Of a DNA stretch of 64,000 nt, positions 1-11,914 are shown one piece after another; position 1 is the first letter of the stretch, and every line of letters begins with the position of its first letter. The DNA is from Azolla caroliniana (Eukaryota > Plantae > Polypodiophyta): positions 18,104,001 to 18,168,000 of the forward strand of contig JBHGNT010000004.1 of NCBI GenBank assembly GCA_043228905.1, given 5' to 3'. Below the pieces are notes generated by a model that saw nothing but the letters and a program-made list of their open reading frames with translations, had not been told where the DNA came from and did not search any database. Position numbers and translations under genes: made by a program.

Positions 1-3000
1 TTCTCTGCTATACTTCGCGGCATCTTTTAGGGCGGTGGGCCACCACAGTCCGCTCTGCCATATTTTCCGAGCAGTTGCGTCGCCGGCATAATGCCCGCCG
101 GAAATTCCACAGTGGGCTTCCCTGAGGATTAGATCCTTCTCATCGCTCCGCACTACTCGTCTCCAGATGCCATCTGCCCCCTTGTGATAGAGAGTGTCTC
201 CAACCAAGCAGAAATGTCTGCTTCTTACTGCTACCCTTTTCCTTTCATCGCGGTCCATGTTCTCCGGGGGTACTCCGGTGCTCAGGAACTGATGCATCTC
301 AGTTAGCCACGTGTCTTCATCGGCTACCGTTGCATCCGTTGCCGGTTTCGTCGTGATCTGGAACAACTCGGCGTCGGGGAACTCATCCTGGACGCCGTCC
401 CCTGCTTCTCCGGATTCGAGTCTGCTTAGGTAGTCCGCTACCGCATGCTGCGCCCCGGGTCGGTGGAAAATGTCGAATTCAAATTCTTGTAACAGCAGTG
501 TCCATCGTGCAATTTTTCCCGTCAGGGATGCCTTCGAGACCAGGTAGAGTAGTGCCGAATGGTCGACATGGAAGGAAAACTTCCTTCCGAGCAGATAGTG
601 CCTGTACTTTGTAACACTATACACCATTCCTAATGCCTCGCGTTCCGTCGTAGAGTAGTTCCGTTCGGCTTTTGAGAGTTTCCTGCTTGCGTAGTACACC
701 GGCCGGTACCATTTCGGCTCCATGAGTTGCATCAGAACGTTGCCGATTGCTACGTCCGACGCGTCGACGAAGACGTGAAAGCTTTTACTCCAATCCGGCG
801 GTTGCACCACCGGAACTTGCGACATCATAACCTTCAACGCTTGGTAGGCTTTCTCCTCCGTCTCCGCTTATAGGAAGGGTACCCTGCGTACGGCGGCATG
901 CAATGGTGTAGCGAAGTCTGCGAGGTGTCGTATCATCCAGCTATGCCACCTTATTTGGCCCAGGAACCGGCTTAAAGCCTTGGCGTTATTTGGTGTTGGT
1001 GCCTCGAGAATCGCCTTTACTTTATGCGGGTCTACCGCGATTCCTTCCTTACTCACCACTTGCCCTAGTAAGTTGCCGCTTGCCACTCCAAAGACGCACT
1101 TGGCCGGGTTCAGACTCAACCGGTACTCACGGCACTTCTCCAAGCACAGCCAGAGGTGATCGAGATGCTCTCCGTGCCAACTGTAGACCGCGAAATCGTC
1201 AAGGAAGACCTGCATAAAACCGGGGATATATTCCCCGAAAATTTCCATTATTATCCTTTGAAAGGTCGTTGGGGCCATCTTTAGTCCGAACATCATCACA
1301 ACCGCGACGAACACTCCCCATTCCGTAACGAACGTTGTCTTCTCCTGGTCGGCCGGGTTCATTCGTATTTGGTTGTAACCGCTAAATCCATCCAGGAAGC
1401 TGTAAACTTCGTGGCCGGCTACCGCATCTAACACCCCGTCCGTAAATGGTAGTGGAAATGCATCGGTCACTGTTGCGGCATTTAGTTTCCGGTAGTCCAC
1501 GCATACCCGGATTTTGCCGTTCCTTTTCGGGACCACCACTATCGGACTCAGCCAAGTTGCCTGCTTGACCGGTCGGATAAATCCGACCCGGAGGAGCTTA
1601 TCAATCTCCTCCTTCACCTTCGCCGCATAATTCGGATTCATCCGGTACTTGCGTTGAGCGATCGGTTTCGCGTCCGTACTTAGGTGAATTTGGTGTTGAT
1701 AGAGCTAGGGGTCCAGCCCTCGCATGTCTTCGTACGACCACGCGAACACATCCTTGAAGTCTGTTAATAATGCTACCATTGCCTTCTTTTCTTCCTTCGG
1801 CAATTCCTTTGCGACATTTACCGGTCGGGGCTTGTCTGTTGTGCCGAGGTCCACCTCCTCTAGTTGGGATGCTTTTACCCTCTGGGATATCGTCATTTCC
1901 CTCTCTAGGGATTCCTGCGCTTGTCGTAGTTCCCTGATCGCCGCTTGGTCCGGTTCGTCCGGCGTCGTGATGTACGGTTCTACTGCCGCCGTGATATCCA
2001 CCTCAAATAGTGGGACGATTCGTGGGTGTTCCTCGAGGTACCGATCGACTTCCTCGTCCGGTAATCCCTCCAACATGTTGATGCTTTCCGCATACAATGG
2101 AGTTGCTTCCTTACTGGCGATCACCCGTGGTCGCGTCGTTACTCGTACCTTTGTTTTCCCTCGCCGGAATGTGATCATGTTCTTTTGCCAGTTCTGCTTG
2201 ATATGCGCCGTTCGCAGCCATGGTCGTCCTAGCAGTAGGGGGTACGCGCCTTGTACATTCAACTGCAGCACCACGGCCGATATCCGGAATACGTGGCCTC
2301 CGATCGTTACTTCCAAATCCCGGATAAGCCCGGTCGGTCGGACTGAGCTGGTGTCCGCCATGCGTAACCAAAAGGGGCATGGTTCCCATTCCCGGATGCC
2401 CAGGTTGTCGCATGTCTGTCGGCTGATGACATTTACCCCGGAGCCTCTGTCAATAATCATTCCAGCAATTTCCTTTCCTTTCACGATTGCCGTGATCGCC
2501 GGGCTACTTGTATCGACCACAGCTGGTCCTTCCTCCGGGTTGGAGAAGAATGCCGGTGCTGGCGTCGGCTTCGGTTTGCTCACGGATGCCTGTAAGTCTG
2601 CCGTAAACCGTGGCACCAACTGTAGTAGTCGTGCTAACGGCAGCACGATTTGACAGTCCTGTAGCGCTTGCCATGTCGGGTTTTCTCCTTGCTGTATGAT
2701 TTCTTCATCTTTTGGCATATTTTGGTCTCTTACTTCTGCCGCATTCTGTTCATTGGCCTCCTTGATCCATTGCGCCGCTTGTTTTCTGATTGCCTCCTGG
2801 GCTTCCCACTCGGCGGTCTTTCCCTTTGACCGGGTTGTGACCTGTTGTACTTCTGTTATTTCGGCTGTAACCATGTTGACTGCCGGCTGCTTGTCATTGG
2901 TTTTGCTTGGGCATTGGTTACTATAATGGCCCTCCTTACGGCAGTAATAACAGTACACCTTGTGACTTTTGCTTGTTTCTCCTTTGTCCCCGGTTTGGAG

Positions 3001-4740
3001 GGTGGGTATACTTCGGCGGTCGTCTTCGGTTTTTCGGTTATCCGGTACCGATACCAGGTTGTCATTCCTTGCTGCCTCCCGACGTTCCTCTCTTCGGAAA
3101 AATCCACGCTTCTGATTCCGTCGGAAATTTCGGTTCCCTTGTCGCCTCTCTTCTCTGCGTCGTTCGTATTCCGGGGATTCGTCTCGGTCGTACCGGTCCC
3201 GGGGGTAGCTATCTCTGCGTTTCTCCTCTCGGTCATAGTTATCGCGTCTTCTATCAGCGTATCTGTTACCGCGTTCGCGTTGGTAGCGGTCGTCTCTCCG
3301 GAGTCGATCCTCATCCGGGTTCTGATTGCGCGGTTCTATGTGTCGAACCGGTGCTGCCTGCCGATTTAACAGGTTATATTCGCATCGGTCCGTTGTATGG
3401 GCTTGAGAGTTGCAGATCATACATTGTGTCCGCAGGGTGCAGTCTACCGTTGAGTGGCCCGAATTTAGGCATGTTGTGCATTGTAAGGCCTGTCGGAACC
3501 TTAGGTCTTCCTCCTTCGGGAGTGCCCGGTGTAACATCCCCATCGACAAGAAGGAGCTAGTCTTGTCCATTTCTAAGACCCGATCAATAACTTGGTCCAT
3601 TGTGCTGGTGCGGAAATCAAGGACTCCGCACATCGTTCGAAGTGGCTCTTTTAGCGCAGCCAAAAAGACTGCTTTGGCTTCGTCTTCGGGTGGTGCTCTC
3701 GTCAATTGGCTGTGCAGGGTCTGAAACCGAATGATGAATTGTGGCACAGTCTCGTTCTCTTCCTGCCGGGTGGTGTAGAACTGCCCGACCAATTCCCTTT
3801 GCTCAACTTGTCTGTGAAAAAGCCTGAGGAATTTGGCCTTCAAGGCATCGAATGTGGCAAAGCTGCCCGGTAAGTGCTTTGCGTGCCATCGGGCCGCCCG
3901 TCCTTCTAAGGTCATGCCGAATTTGGCGACTTTGGATCGTTCGGCTTCGGGCTCCCTCAGTCTTTGGGAGACATGGTTGGCTTCCCATGTTTGGAGGAAT
4001 GCGTACACGTGTGCCTCCGCGTCAGGCTCATCCCGGTACTTTGGGTATGGGTACGGCATCGTGTCGTCCAACTGACTCTCCTGCTTTCTCCGCTCTCTGT
4101 CCGCTGTTGGCGTTGGTGTGAGAACCTTTGGTTCCTCCGCGGTTGGTGCCGGTATCCGCTCCTTCAGTTCCTCCGCGGGTGTTGCCGGTGTCCGGTCCTT
4201 TGGTTCCTCCGCGGGTGTTGTCGGTATCTGCTCCTTCGGTTCCTTCGCGGGTGTTGTCGGTATCCGCTCCTTCGGTTCCTTCGCGGGTGTTGTCGGTATC
4301 CGGTCAGCCTCCCTCGGCGATTGCCGGTCACCGAACTCCAAGGTTATTTCTTCCTCTGGCTCCGGTGTTACTGAGTCTTCCGACTCCTCTTCCCCCGGGT
4401 CGTTTGGTGTGTCGTGGCTGCTTTTATACCGGGACGCAACGCTTCCGTCGCTTTCCGACTCCGCCTCAAGTGTTGCGAATGCTTCCGAGTCCCCGTCGCC
4501 CCCGGCGAGCGTCTGTAGTATCGTTTCCGCCTCTTGCAGGCTTGTTATGCTACTGCCTTCGTCGGGGACTTGCAGAACCCGGAACTGCAGTACTTCTTCT
4601 GCGACTCTCCGAAGATTTCTGGAGAATGACCGATCTCGCCGAATCTCATCGACGGCTTGCTGCAGGGCTTCCCGTCGTTGCTCTCGTTCGGTGTATCGTC
4701 TCCCTCGTTCGGTGATGTGGTCGTCGTTTGGTCTAGACAT
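1..4740 (-). pseudogene. gag-pol: Element A gag-pol in a single frame with two premature stops (1705-1707 TAG, 868-870 TAA)
   Basis: First ATG at 4740; three CCHC knuckles (CTTCLNSGHSTVDC, CMICNSQAHTTDRC, CYYCRKEGHYSNQC); protease IIDRGSGVN; RT YSFLDGFSGYNQI and VFLDDF; manual translation below 868 gives RNase H (FHVFVDAS, RNYSTTEREAL) and the integrase zinc-finger start (EAHCGISGGHY); frames continue across both stops. Confidence 0.9.
4100..4305 (-). repeat. About five 36-bp coding tandem repeats (PTTPAKEPKERI-like) in the Gag N-terminal extension of A
   Basis: Visible in the DNA and in ORF 1705..4824. Confidence 0.85.
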
Positions 4741-4776
4741 CCATCCCCCGGTTGTCCTCTGCACTTTGCAGGAATC

Positions 4777-4786
4777 GTGGTCGCCA
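4777..4786 (-). promoter_or_regulatory. Primer binding site TGGCGACCAC, probably tRNA-Arg
   Basis: 6 nt after the LTR end; complementary to a tRNA 3' end ..GUGGUCGCCA, recalled as plant tRNA-Arg(UCG). Confidence 0.6.
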
Positions 4787-4792
4787 AAATAG

Positions 4793-5181
4793 TGTTGTCT
4801 GCCGGGCCGGACTAGCCTCAACACAGGTGTCTATCCGACACTTCTCCAAAGGGGTGGTAAGGATTGGATGCTAGGTTACACGCGTAAGATGATTACCCTA
4901 AGCACAGACGGTAAAACAATACAAAGATAAAGATAAACACGCAATAATTACTTTTGTATTACTTCCATAAAGCCTTTACAAATCATCGGATCCTTTTATA
5001 GGCATCCGGCAAGGTTACAATCGGTGCGCTTAGGCAACCGGCATCCGAATCGGTCCGGATCCGGATCGGTACAACTGTACCGGATCCGTCCCTTCGAATA
5101 ATAATTATACTATTATTTACTTCCTATTATCCGATCCGACTCCGCCTTCCCACTTGTCCTTGCTCTTCTGACCGGTCAACA
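4793..5181 (-). repeat. 5' LTR of element A (389 bp)
   Basis: TG..CA inverted termini, adjacent PBS, homology to the LTR at 60260-60629. Confidence 0.9.
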
Positions 5182-8100
5182 ATCTATAGACACTTGGGAC
5201 GTCTTAAAGAAGTCAAGAGCGACATCCTCATCTTCAGACATCATGCCACTTTCGCCCTCGAATCTTGCCCTCGATAGCATATCTCTCATGGCATTGTTCT
5301 TCCCTAAAATGTGGTGAATCTCCGGGTTCATTGATTTGATGTAAGCAATCCACCTTAGCATAGCTAGGTCAGGTGTTGCACATCCCGAAACCATCCCTAG
5401 GATTGGAAGGCAATCCGTCTCTATTACCACCTCTGACCCGATTAGGTAATCTTTATCCGTCTTTACTACGGACACACTACCCCAAAGCTCACGTTTTACT
5501 TGGGAGTATCCTCGTTGTTGCTCGCTTAAGACCTTGGCTCTGAACCGGATGGCGTAGCGTGTACCATCCTCTCCTTCATGGGTTATGACCCATCCAATCC
5601 CTGTTGGACTTGTATCTACCATCACGTAGATGGGCACCCCTTCCTTGTATATAGCTTTTCGTAAAGTTGGTGCTGCTACCAACATTCCTTTGAGCCTCTT
5701 CATTGCCTCTGTGTGCTCTTCCTCCCACTTGAACTTTCGCCCCTTCTTGAGTAGCCCATACAAGGGCTCGGCTAGGTGAGCATAGTGCAGGATCCAAATG
5801 TGGTAGAATGCACAGACACCAAGAAATCGCCTCACCTCTATTTGTGATTTACATTCTTCCCTCATGTCTGTGATGGCGTCCACCTTTGTCGGGGACGGCT
5901 TTCGTCCGTATGCCCCGCACAAGTGTCCCACCACAAGGATCTCCGGTTGGCCGAATGCCGAGTTCTCACCCGAGAAGGTCAAGCGTGCATCTTTGAGTCT
6001 TTGTAGAACCTTCTCGCAATCAGAGATGTGATATACCACAAAATGTCTGCACCCATCCTCGTCCAAGGTTTCATCTTTCTCCGCTTCAAAGCACCCTTTT
6101 ATGGGGATGTCATCGAGGAACAGCATGGTGATGTCGGGGATGCAATCTCTCAATACCTTGTTCATTGCATTTACCATGTGGGCTACAAAGTTAGTGCCTC
6201 CTTGTGGCAAGGTACACATTCGCACTAGGTCAATAGGGGTTCGCATCGTCGTGATGTCCCTACTCTCCACAGCTAGTTGGAATTGATCATACCCCGAGTA
6301 TAGATCATCGATCAAATAAATAGACCTTCCAGTGAAGGCCTCAACAAATTCGTCAACGCTCGGTTCGACCCCTACATTTCGAATTGTCACTTGATTAACA
6401 GGTTGTAGGTCCTGGATGAAGCGTAAGGTGTTGTTCTTCTTTGGCATAGTGAACCACCGATTCGAGTATGGGGCGCTTGATGGCTCGAGGATACCCATCT
6501 CGATCTTTTCCTTGAGTAGCTCAATCAACTTTGGGATGTGAGCTCTCGGAACTGGGATTGTCTTGATGTTCCATGGTACATGCGGCACCGTAAAGATCAC
6601 CATTGGCTCCACGATCTTAGGGTTTACACACCCTATCTCACCCGACGAGAAGTCGAAAGCCCTTCTATGGCATTCGATCATCCTTCTAAATCTCTCCTCC
6701 TCCCTAGGCAATAGGAAGCCACCCCCACCAATCCGGAGCTTCCGTCACGTCTCGTCGGTGAACCGGTGCCCTATGCCTCGTGGGTCCCGCAAGCTAGGAT
6801 CAGCCGCTACCCCCTTTATCTGATCCCAACTATCGTTAGCCAATGGGGCAGCCACAGGCTTCACCTTCTTGTCCACGGTCTGGTACTTTGTTTGCACCTT
6901 GACCATCCTCACTTCCTCAATCAACCGCCCAAGCTCTTCGATGGCGGTGTACATGTCAATTGAGTTGACTGGAATTACCTTGTCTTCACTGAGGCCCGAA
7001 ACAACTGCCCTCTCCATCTCTCTTAGAATGTCGTCGAACAAGACCGCCTCCATGGCGCCACTCTTGGCCCTAGACTTATCTCTATCACGTAAACTAGTAA
7101 TTTTACAAGCTCCATTTTCATAGAACCAAAATTGTTTCCTATTACATTTAATAGTTTTACAAGGGTTTAGGGTCTTAGTTTGCCTCGGGCTATTGCGGCC
7201 CCACTCTTTAATAGCCCACATCAAAAATCCTCTCAACTCTCCCCTTTGAGGGAAGCTCGATTGCGCTCATGGTTGGGCCTCACCGTGAGGAATTGGACCG
7301 AATGCTTCACATCTTGGCTCTTGACCCTCGCATATGCCAGCCCGTTGTCTAGCACCTTCGTCTCCATGCAAGCCTCCGTGATGTATGGTTCACCCAAGAT
7401 GACCAGGTGCGAGGATGTCTCTTGAACAAAGAAATGTTTATCTATTTCTACGTCCCCCACCTTCACACGTACATTCGGGCAAGCCCCGTATAGCTCCTCG
7501 GTTGCTTGGGTCGCCACTCTAATCTTCCACCCATGCTTCATGTTGATCGGCCACTTCCCCTTTTTATAAAAGTCCATAGACATAAGGTTGATCTCAAAGC
7601 CATTGTCGATCAATGCTACAACCGGCTCTTTTACATCTTCGACCCGTACCAGTGTCTCTGTTGTCGCTCTCGCCCAATGCGGCCTCGTGTAGTGACTGTC
7701 CGCATAGTCTTCGTCTTCCTCGGGAACCTCAGTTGACAATGCATTTACAATCGTGGGCTTTGCCACTTCTTGCTCCGTCGAGAGCCATTTCCTCTTCATT
7801 AGGTCAATGATGACCTCGTGGAATTCTTTCTTGGCAATTTCGAGGACCTCTCGCAAAGTAAACTCTACACGACTATCGAGGATCCTTCCCTCCACTACCT
7901 TCTTCAAGTCCATTGCTTGTTTGATCTCCGAGCAAAGCTTGAAGTTTGGGGGGTTCCCCTTCTCTTTCCATCTTTTGTCCCGTGCTTGAGACTAGTTTGG
8001 CTCTTCCCTTCTTCGTGCACCTCGAGCATCGTATTTCCTTGATGGACCGGCTCCCTCGTCATTTCCTACCCTCTTCTCTTCTACCATTACTTCATAGTTT

Positions 8101-9303
8101 TTGCAAGCGGCTTCCACTAAGCCTGTCTTTTCTTCCACCGGATCCTTCCACCCAGTTGCTTCTTGGACCCTTCTTCCCGCTTCATCCACTTCTTCTCTTT
8201 TGAACTTTCCCTTAGAGAGGCTTCCAAGGATTGACGGCCAAAAGTCAAACTCTTTCTCCTCTTGCCTCTTCACCTCTTTCCCCACTCGAATCCTAGCTGA
8301 CGCCGAGTAGTGGACAGCTTCAACATGTCATGCTTCGGCCTCCTCCATTAGCCTTCTCATGCCCCCTCCGCCTTGATTCAATCCCAAGGGGTGCCTTGTC
8401 TCCGTCGAATAGACCCTATTGTTCCAAAGATAGACAATATCCCTTCTTAGGGCCTCTTGAAAGTCTCCACACTCCCTTCGCAGGTGGTCGGGATTGTCGC
8501 ACCACATACATCTTTGCACAAACGGGGGACGTCGATCTTGAGGGCCGCCGCTCTCTCTCCTAGCTTGCGCTATTTGGAGATCTCACACCATCTTTGTGAG
8601 CTCGTCAATTGCCGACCCTCCCGACAATGATTCACCCATGTTTCTCACGGGGACGAACGTTGCATTTGCTTGCTCTCTTTCTTGAGGTGCTCTACCACCC
8701 CTAGCTTCATGTGTCTCACTAATGGAGCCTGTGGATGTTTGGCCACGCAACGGAGACCCGTTGTTCCATTACCTTCTCTTATCGAAGCGACTACAAACCC
8801 GCTTTACCATAGCCCAATCCGTCATGAGCCCATCATCAGTTTCGAGGAGGAGCCCCACCTTCCCTCGGTCTCATGCATCAACAGCCTTTACGAATAGTAG
8901 GACCTTGCTTGTGTCAAGCACCATCCTATGGAGAGCCAAGAGTCGCGCGAAGCGCTTCTCAAATTCTTGTAGAAGTACCATAGTATTTCTCCCCTTGCCG
9001 GGAAGCTCAACCCACTCCATTAGATCCCTTTTCGAAATTCTGAGTGAGTCATCAAGGCCGTACTTCTCGAGGAGTCTTTCTTCGAACTCCACCAATTGCA
9101 ACAGTCTGCTTGGATCTCGAGTACCTCTGCGTGGATACTCAGCGTTACCACTCTAGCGAATCCGGTTAGCCACCTATCTTCGGGGACGTTTCACATAAGC
9201 ATTTCGCCCTTATAGGCATCCAAGTAGCTCATGGTATCTCTTCCATTGAACCGACCTGTTGTGTTGACCACTGTCTCTATGGCCCGGTCTAGGCCGGTGG
9301 GCC
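5182..9303 (-). pseudogene. Element B: decayed gag-PR / RT-RH of the Trp-primed gypsy group
   Basis: ORFs 8871-9101, 8328-8519 (CMWCDNPDHLRREC), 7233-7913 (protease ALIDNGFEIN), 6745-7236 and 5176-6711 (RT LPQGGTNF, FLDDI; RNase H) are collinear with element C. Confidence 0.9.
7187..7230 (-). promoter_or_regulatory. Putative -1 ribosomal frameshift signal in B
   Basis: Minus strand reads GGATTTT TGA tgt GGGCTATT aaaga GTG GGGC CGC AATAGCCC; downstream pol is in the -1 frame. Confidence 0.7.
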
Positions 9304-9741
9304 CTTACACGTGGGCACGAGTTTTGTTGTATAGTACGTAGGTAGGTACAAGTCGCCTAAGGCGAAATCCTAGGTAGTACGCATTCGGTAGGGAGAAAAT
9401 CGAGGCGTATCCCTATCCGAAAGGACAGGGAATAAACATGATGTAACGAGTGGTAACGGCCTCCCTCCTTGGGTTATAAAAGAGAGGGAGAAGTGAGGTA
9501 AAGATATCGCGTTTTGGGGAGCGAGGAGGAAGTGTTGTCGGACCGAGACCGAGCTCTCTCCTCCATCGTTCATTTTTCTCTGCGGGATTTCAGACTGTGT
9601 TGCCTCTGCTTCGTGGACAGCCCGTGTGCTTCTGGCAGAGGCTCCACTGTGCAGTCGGGCTGTGTGTGTGTGTGTCCGCCTGAGTTGGGTCCGTCGCCGG
9701 CTTGCCAGTTGTAATTGTTATTGATTTATAATTAAGACATT

Positions 9742-9791
<50 letters not shown>

Positions 9792-9864
9792 TTCTCACGC
9801 TCCTTGGTTCAAGGCCCCCGCGGTCCCGCCTCTTTCCACATGCGAAGAACGTAACAACTCGACA
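9301..9864 (+). repeat. Truncated 5' LTR of C with (TG)n and (TC)n tracts
   Basis: Matches 20874-21468; ends CGACA. Confidence 0.92.
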
Positions 9865-9868
9865 TATT

Positions 9869-9881
9869 TGGTGAACCCGAC
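9869..9881 (+). promoter_or_regulatory. PBS complementary to tRNA-Trp (TGGTGAACCCGAC)
   Basis: 4 nt after the LTR; the full 18-mer TGGTGAACCCGACGTGAA occurs at 25699 and 48833. Confidence 0.85.
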
Positions 9882-11914
9882 CTAAATAGGCGGCAAAGGA
9901 GTGAAGGATGAGGGGATCCGAGCTTGCTAAAGCTATGGTCGTAGTCGTCGACCGACTAGTGAGCGCTCACGAGGGAACGGGTGCCCTCGACAGGGCCATT
10001 GAGTCGATCGTCGGCACCATAGGTCGATTAGGTGGAGGCCTACCGGGCCGAAATGATCATGAGGGATATCTTGGTGGACAGGCGGTTGTCCAGATTCCCT
10101 CAGGTAGTGACGCCAAGCATCCACGCAGAGGTGCTCGAGGTGTTGGCCGAATGCCGGACTTGGGAGGAGTTCGAGCTGCGGCTCCTCGAGATGTATGGGT
10201 TCGATGACTCGCTTCGGTTGTCGAAGTGAGACTTCATGGCGTGGGTTGAGAGCCTAGGGAAGGGGAGAAACGCATCAGCGCTCCTCCAGGAGTTCGAGAA
10301 ACGGTTCGCACGGTTGTCAACACTGGACCAGACTGTGCTCGACACAAGCCGGGTACTACTGTTCGTCAAGGCGGTGGACGCCATGGACCGGGAGAAGGTG
10401 GGTCTCCTGTTGGAAACGGACGAAGGGCTCACGGCAGACTAGGCGATGGTAAGGAGGGTCTGCGGTCGTTTCGACAAGCGGTGCGAGTGGAGCGATGAGA
10501 GCTCGTCGGTGGCAAGGACGGTCCCGGCGAGGGAACTCGAAGAGCCGGTCTCGGTACCGGCTAGGAAGGAAGAAACTTGGAGTTGGCATGAGACGGGCTC
10601 TGCCCCGAGCGGAGTGGTCAAAGGTCCCTCCGGAGGCGCGCTCTAGAAGAGCTATCGCAGATGGTGCGAGATCTCCAAATCGCACAGGCCCAGAGGGACA
10701 GCGGCGAACAATCTCGTGACCGAAGGCCGCCAGCGGGGCAGCGGTGCATGTGGTGCGACGCGGTCGGCCACATACGGAAAGAATGTGTGGATTTTGCAAA
10801 GGCACTCAGGACCAACGTGGTTTACCCCTGGAACGGGCGGGTGCACGCAAGCGAGACCCGAAAAGCCCTAGAGTTGAATTCGGGGCGCAACGGAATGAAG
10901 CGGTTGATGGAAGAGGCCGCGGCACGACATGTAGAGGCCGTTAACTACTCGGCATCGGCAGGAGTCCAGGTCAGGGGTGATGAGGCCCGGAAAGCGAAGG
11001 ACTTCGGATTCTGGCCGTTGGTGCTAGAGGGTTTCCCCGGAGTACAACTGAAGAAGGAAGAGGTAGACCGCACGGAATAGCGGATATGGGAGGTCATCGG
11101 ATGGGACGACCCGGTGGAAGAGAAGACTGGCTTCGTGGCAGCCGCATGCAAAAACTACAAGGTTCTGGTAGAAGACAAGCGCGGGGGAAAGGCCAAAGGG
11201 GTAGGCCCCTCGAGACCCGGTTTGGACCAAAGCCGAATGAGACCGTCACCGCTGGCGCACCAGAGAAGAAGAAGCGGGCCGGTTTCCGGCTGAGCACCAA
11301 AATCGAACAAACGACGGACCTGCCGAAGGTTCTAGAAGAGAGAATTCTCAACAGCAAGGTCGAGTTGTCGTTACGGGAGGTGTTGGGAATCGCCAAGAAG
11401 GAGTTCCACGACTCCATCGTGGACTTGGTGAAGCGGAAGAGGCTCTCGACGAAACCGGAACCGGAGAGGCCGGTGGAAGTGTGGACGACGCACTTAGAAG
11501 ACACAACCCTGAAGGATGAGTTGGCGGAAAGCCACTACGCGAAGCCGCATTGGGCTAGGGCCACTACGGAAACCCCTATTCAGATCAGCAACGTCCAGGA
11601 GCCGGTGGTGGCATTGGTAGACTACGGTTCAGAGATCAACCTGATGTCCATGGACTTCTACAAAAAGGGGAAATGGCCGATCAACACCAAGTACGGGTGG
11701 AAGATACGTGCGGCGACGCGTGCTACAGAGGAGCTACATGGTGTGTGCCCGAACGTACATGTGAAGATTGGCGACGTAGAGATAGATCAGCATTTCTTCG
11801 TGCAGGAAACTTCCTCGCACCCGGTAATTCTCGGCGAACCGTACATTACAGCAGCACGCATGGAGACGAAAGTAATGGACAATGGTTCGGCGTATGCGCG
11901 CTTCAAGAGCCAAG

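Larger units (their letters stand above)
1..5181 (-). mobile_element. Element A: non-chromovirus Ty3/gypsy (Athila/Tat-like), 5' part; runs off left edge; inserted into the RNase H end of element B
   Basis: 5' LTR 4793-5181 with TGTTG..CAACA termini; PBS at 4777-4786; domain order gag-PR-RT-RH-INT on minus strand. Confidence 0.92.

Noticed and set aside
1705-1707. Programmed stop read-through between PR and RT in A, and likewise the TAA at 45549 in K
   Set aside because: A has a second stop at 868, and CAG-to-TAG is ordinary decay; K's stop is inside RT where D and E have a sense codon
1724-4792. Long antisense ORFs over A (and similar ones over D, E, K, G and Z)
   Set aside because: Expected shadows of GC-rich coding strands, with no recognisable motifs
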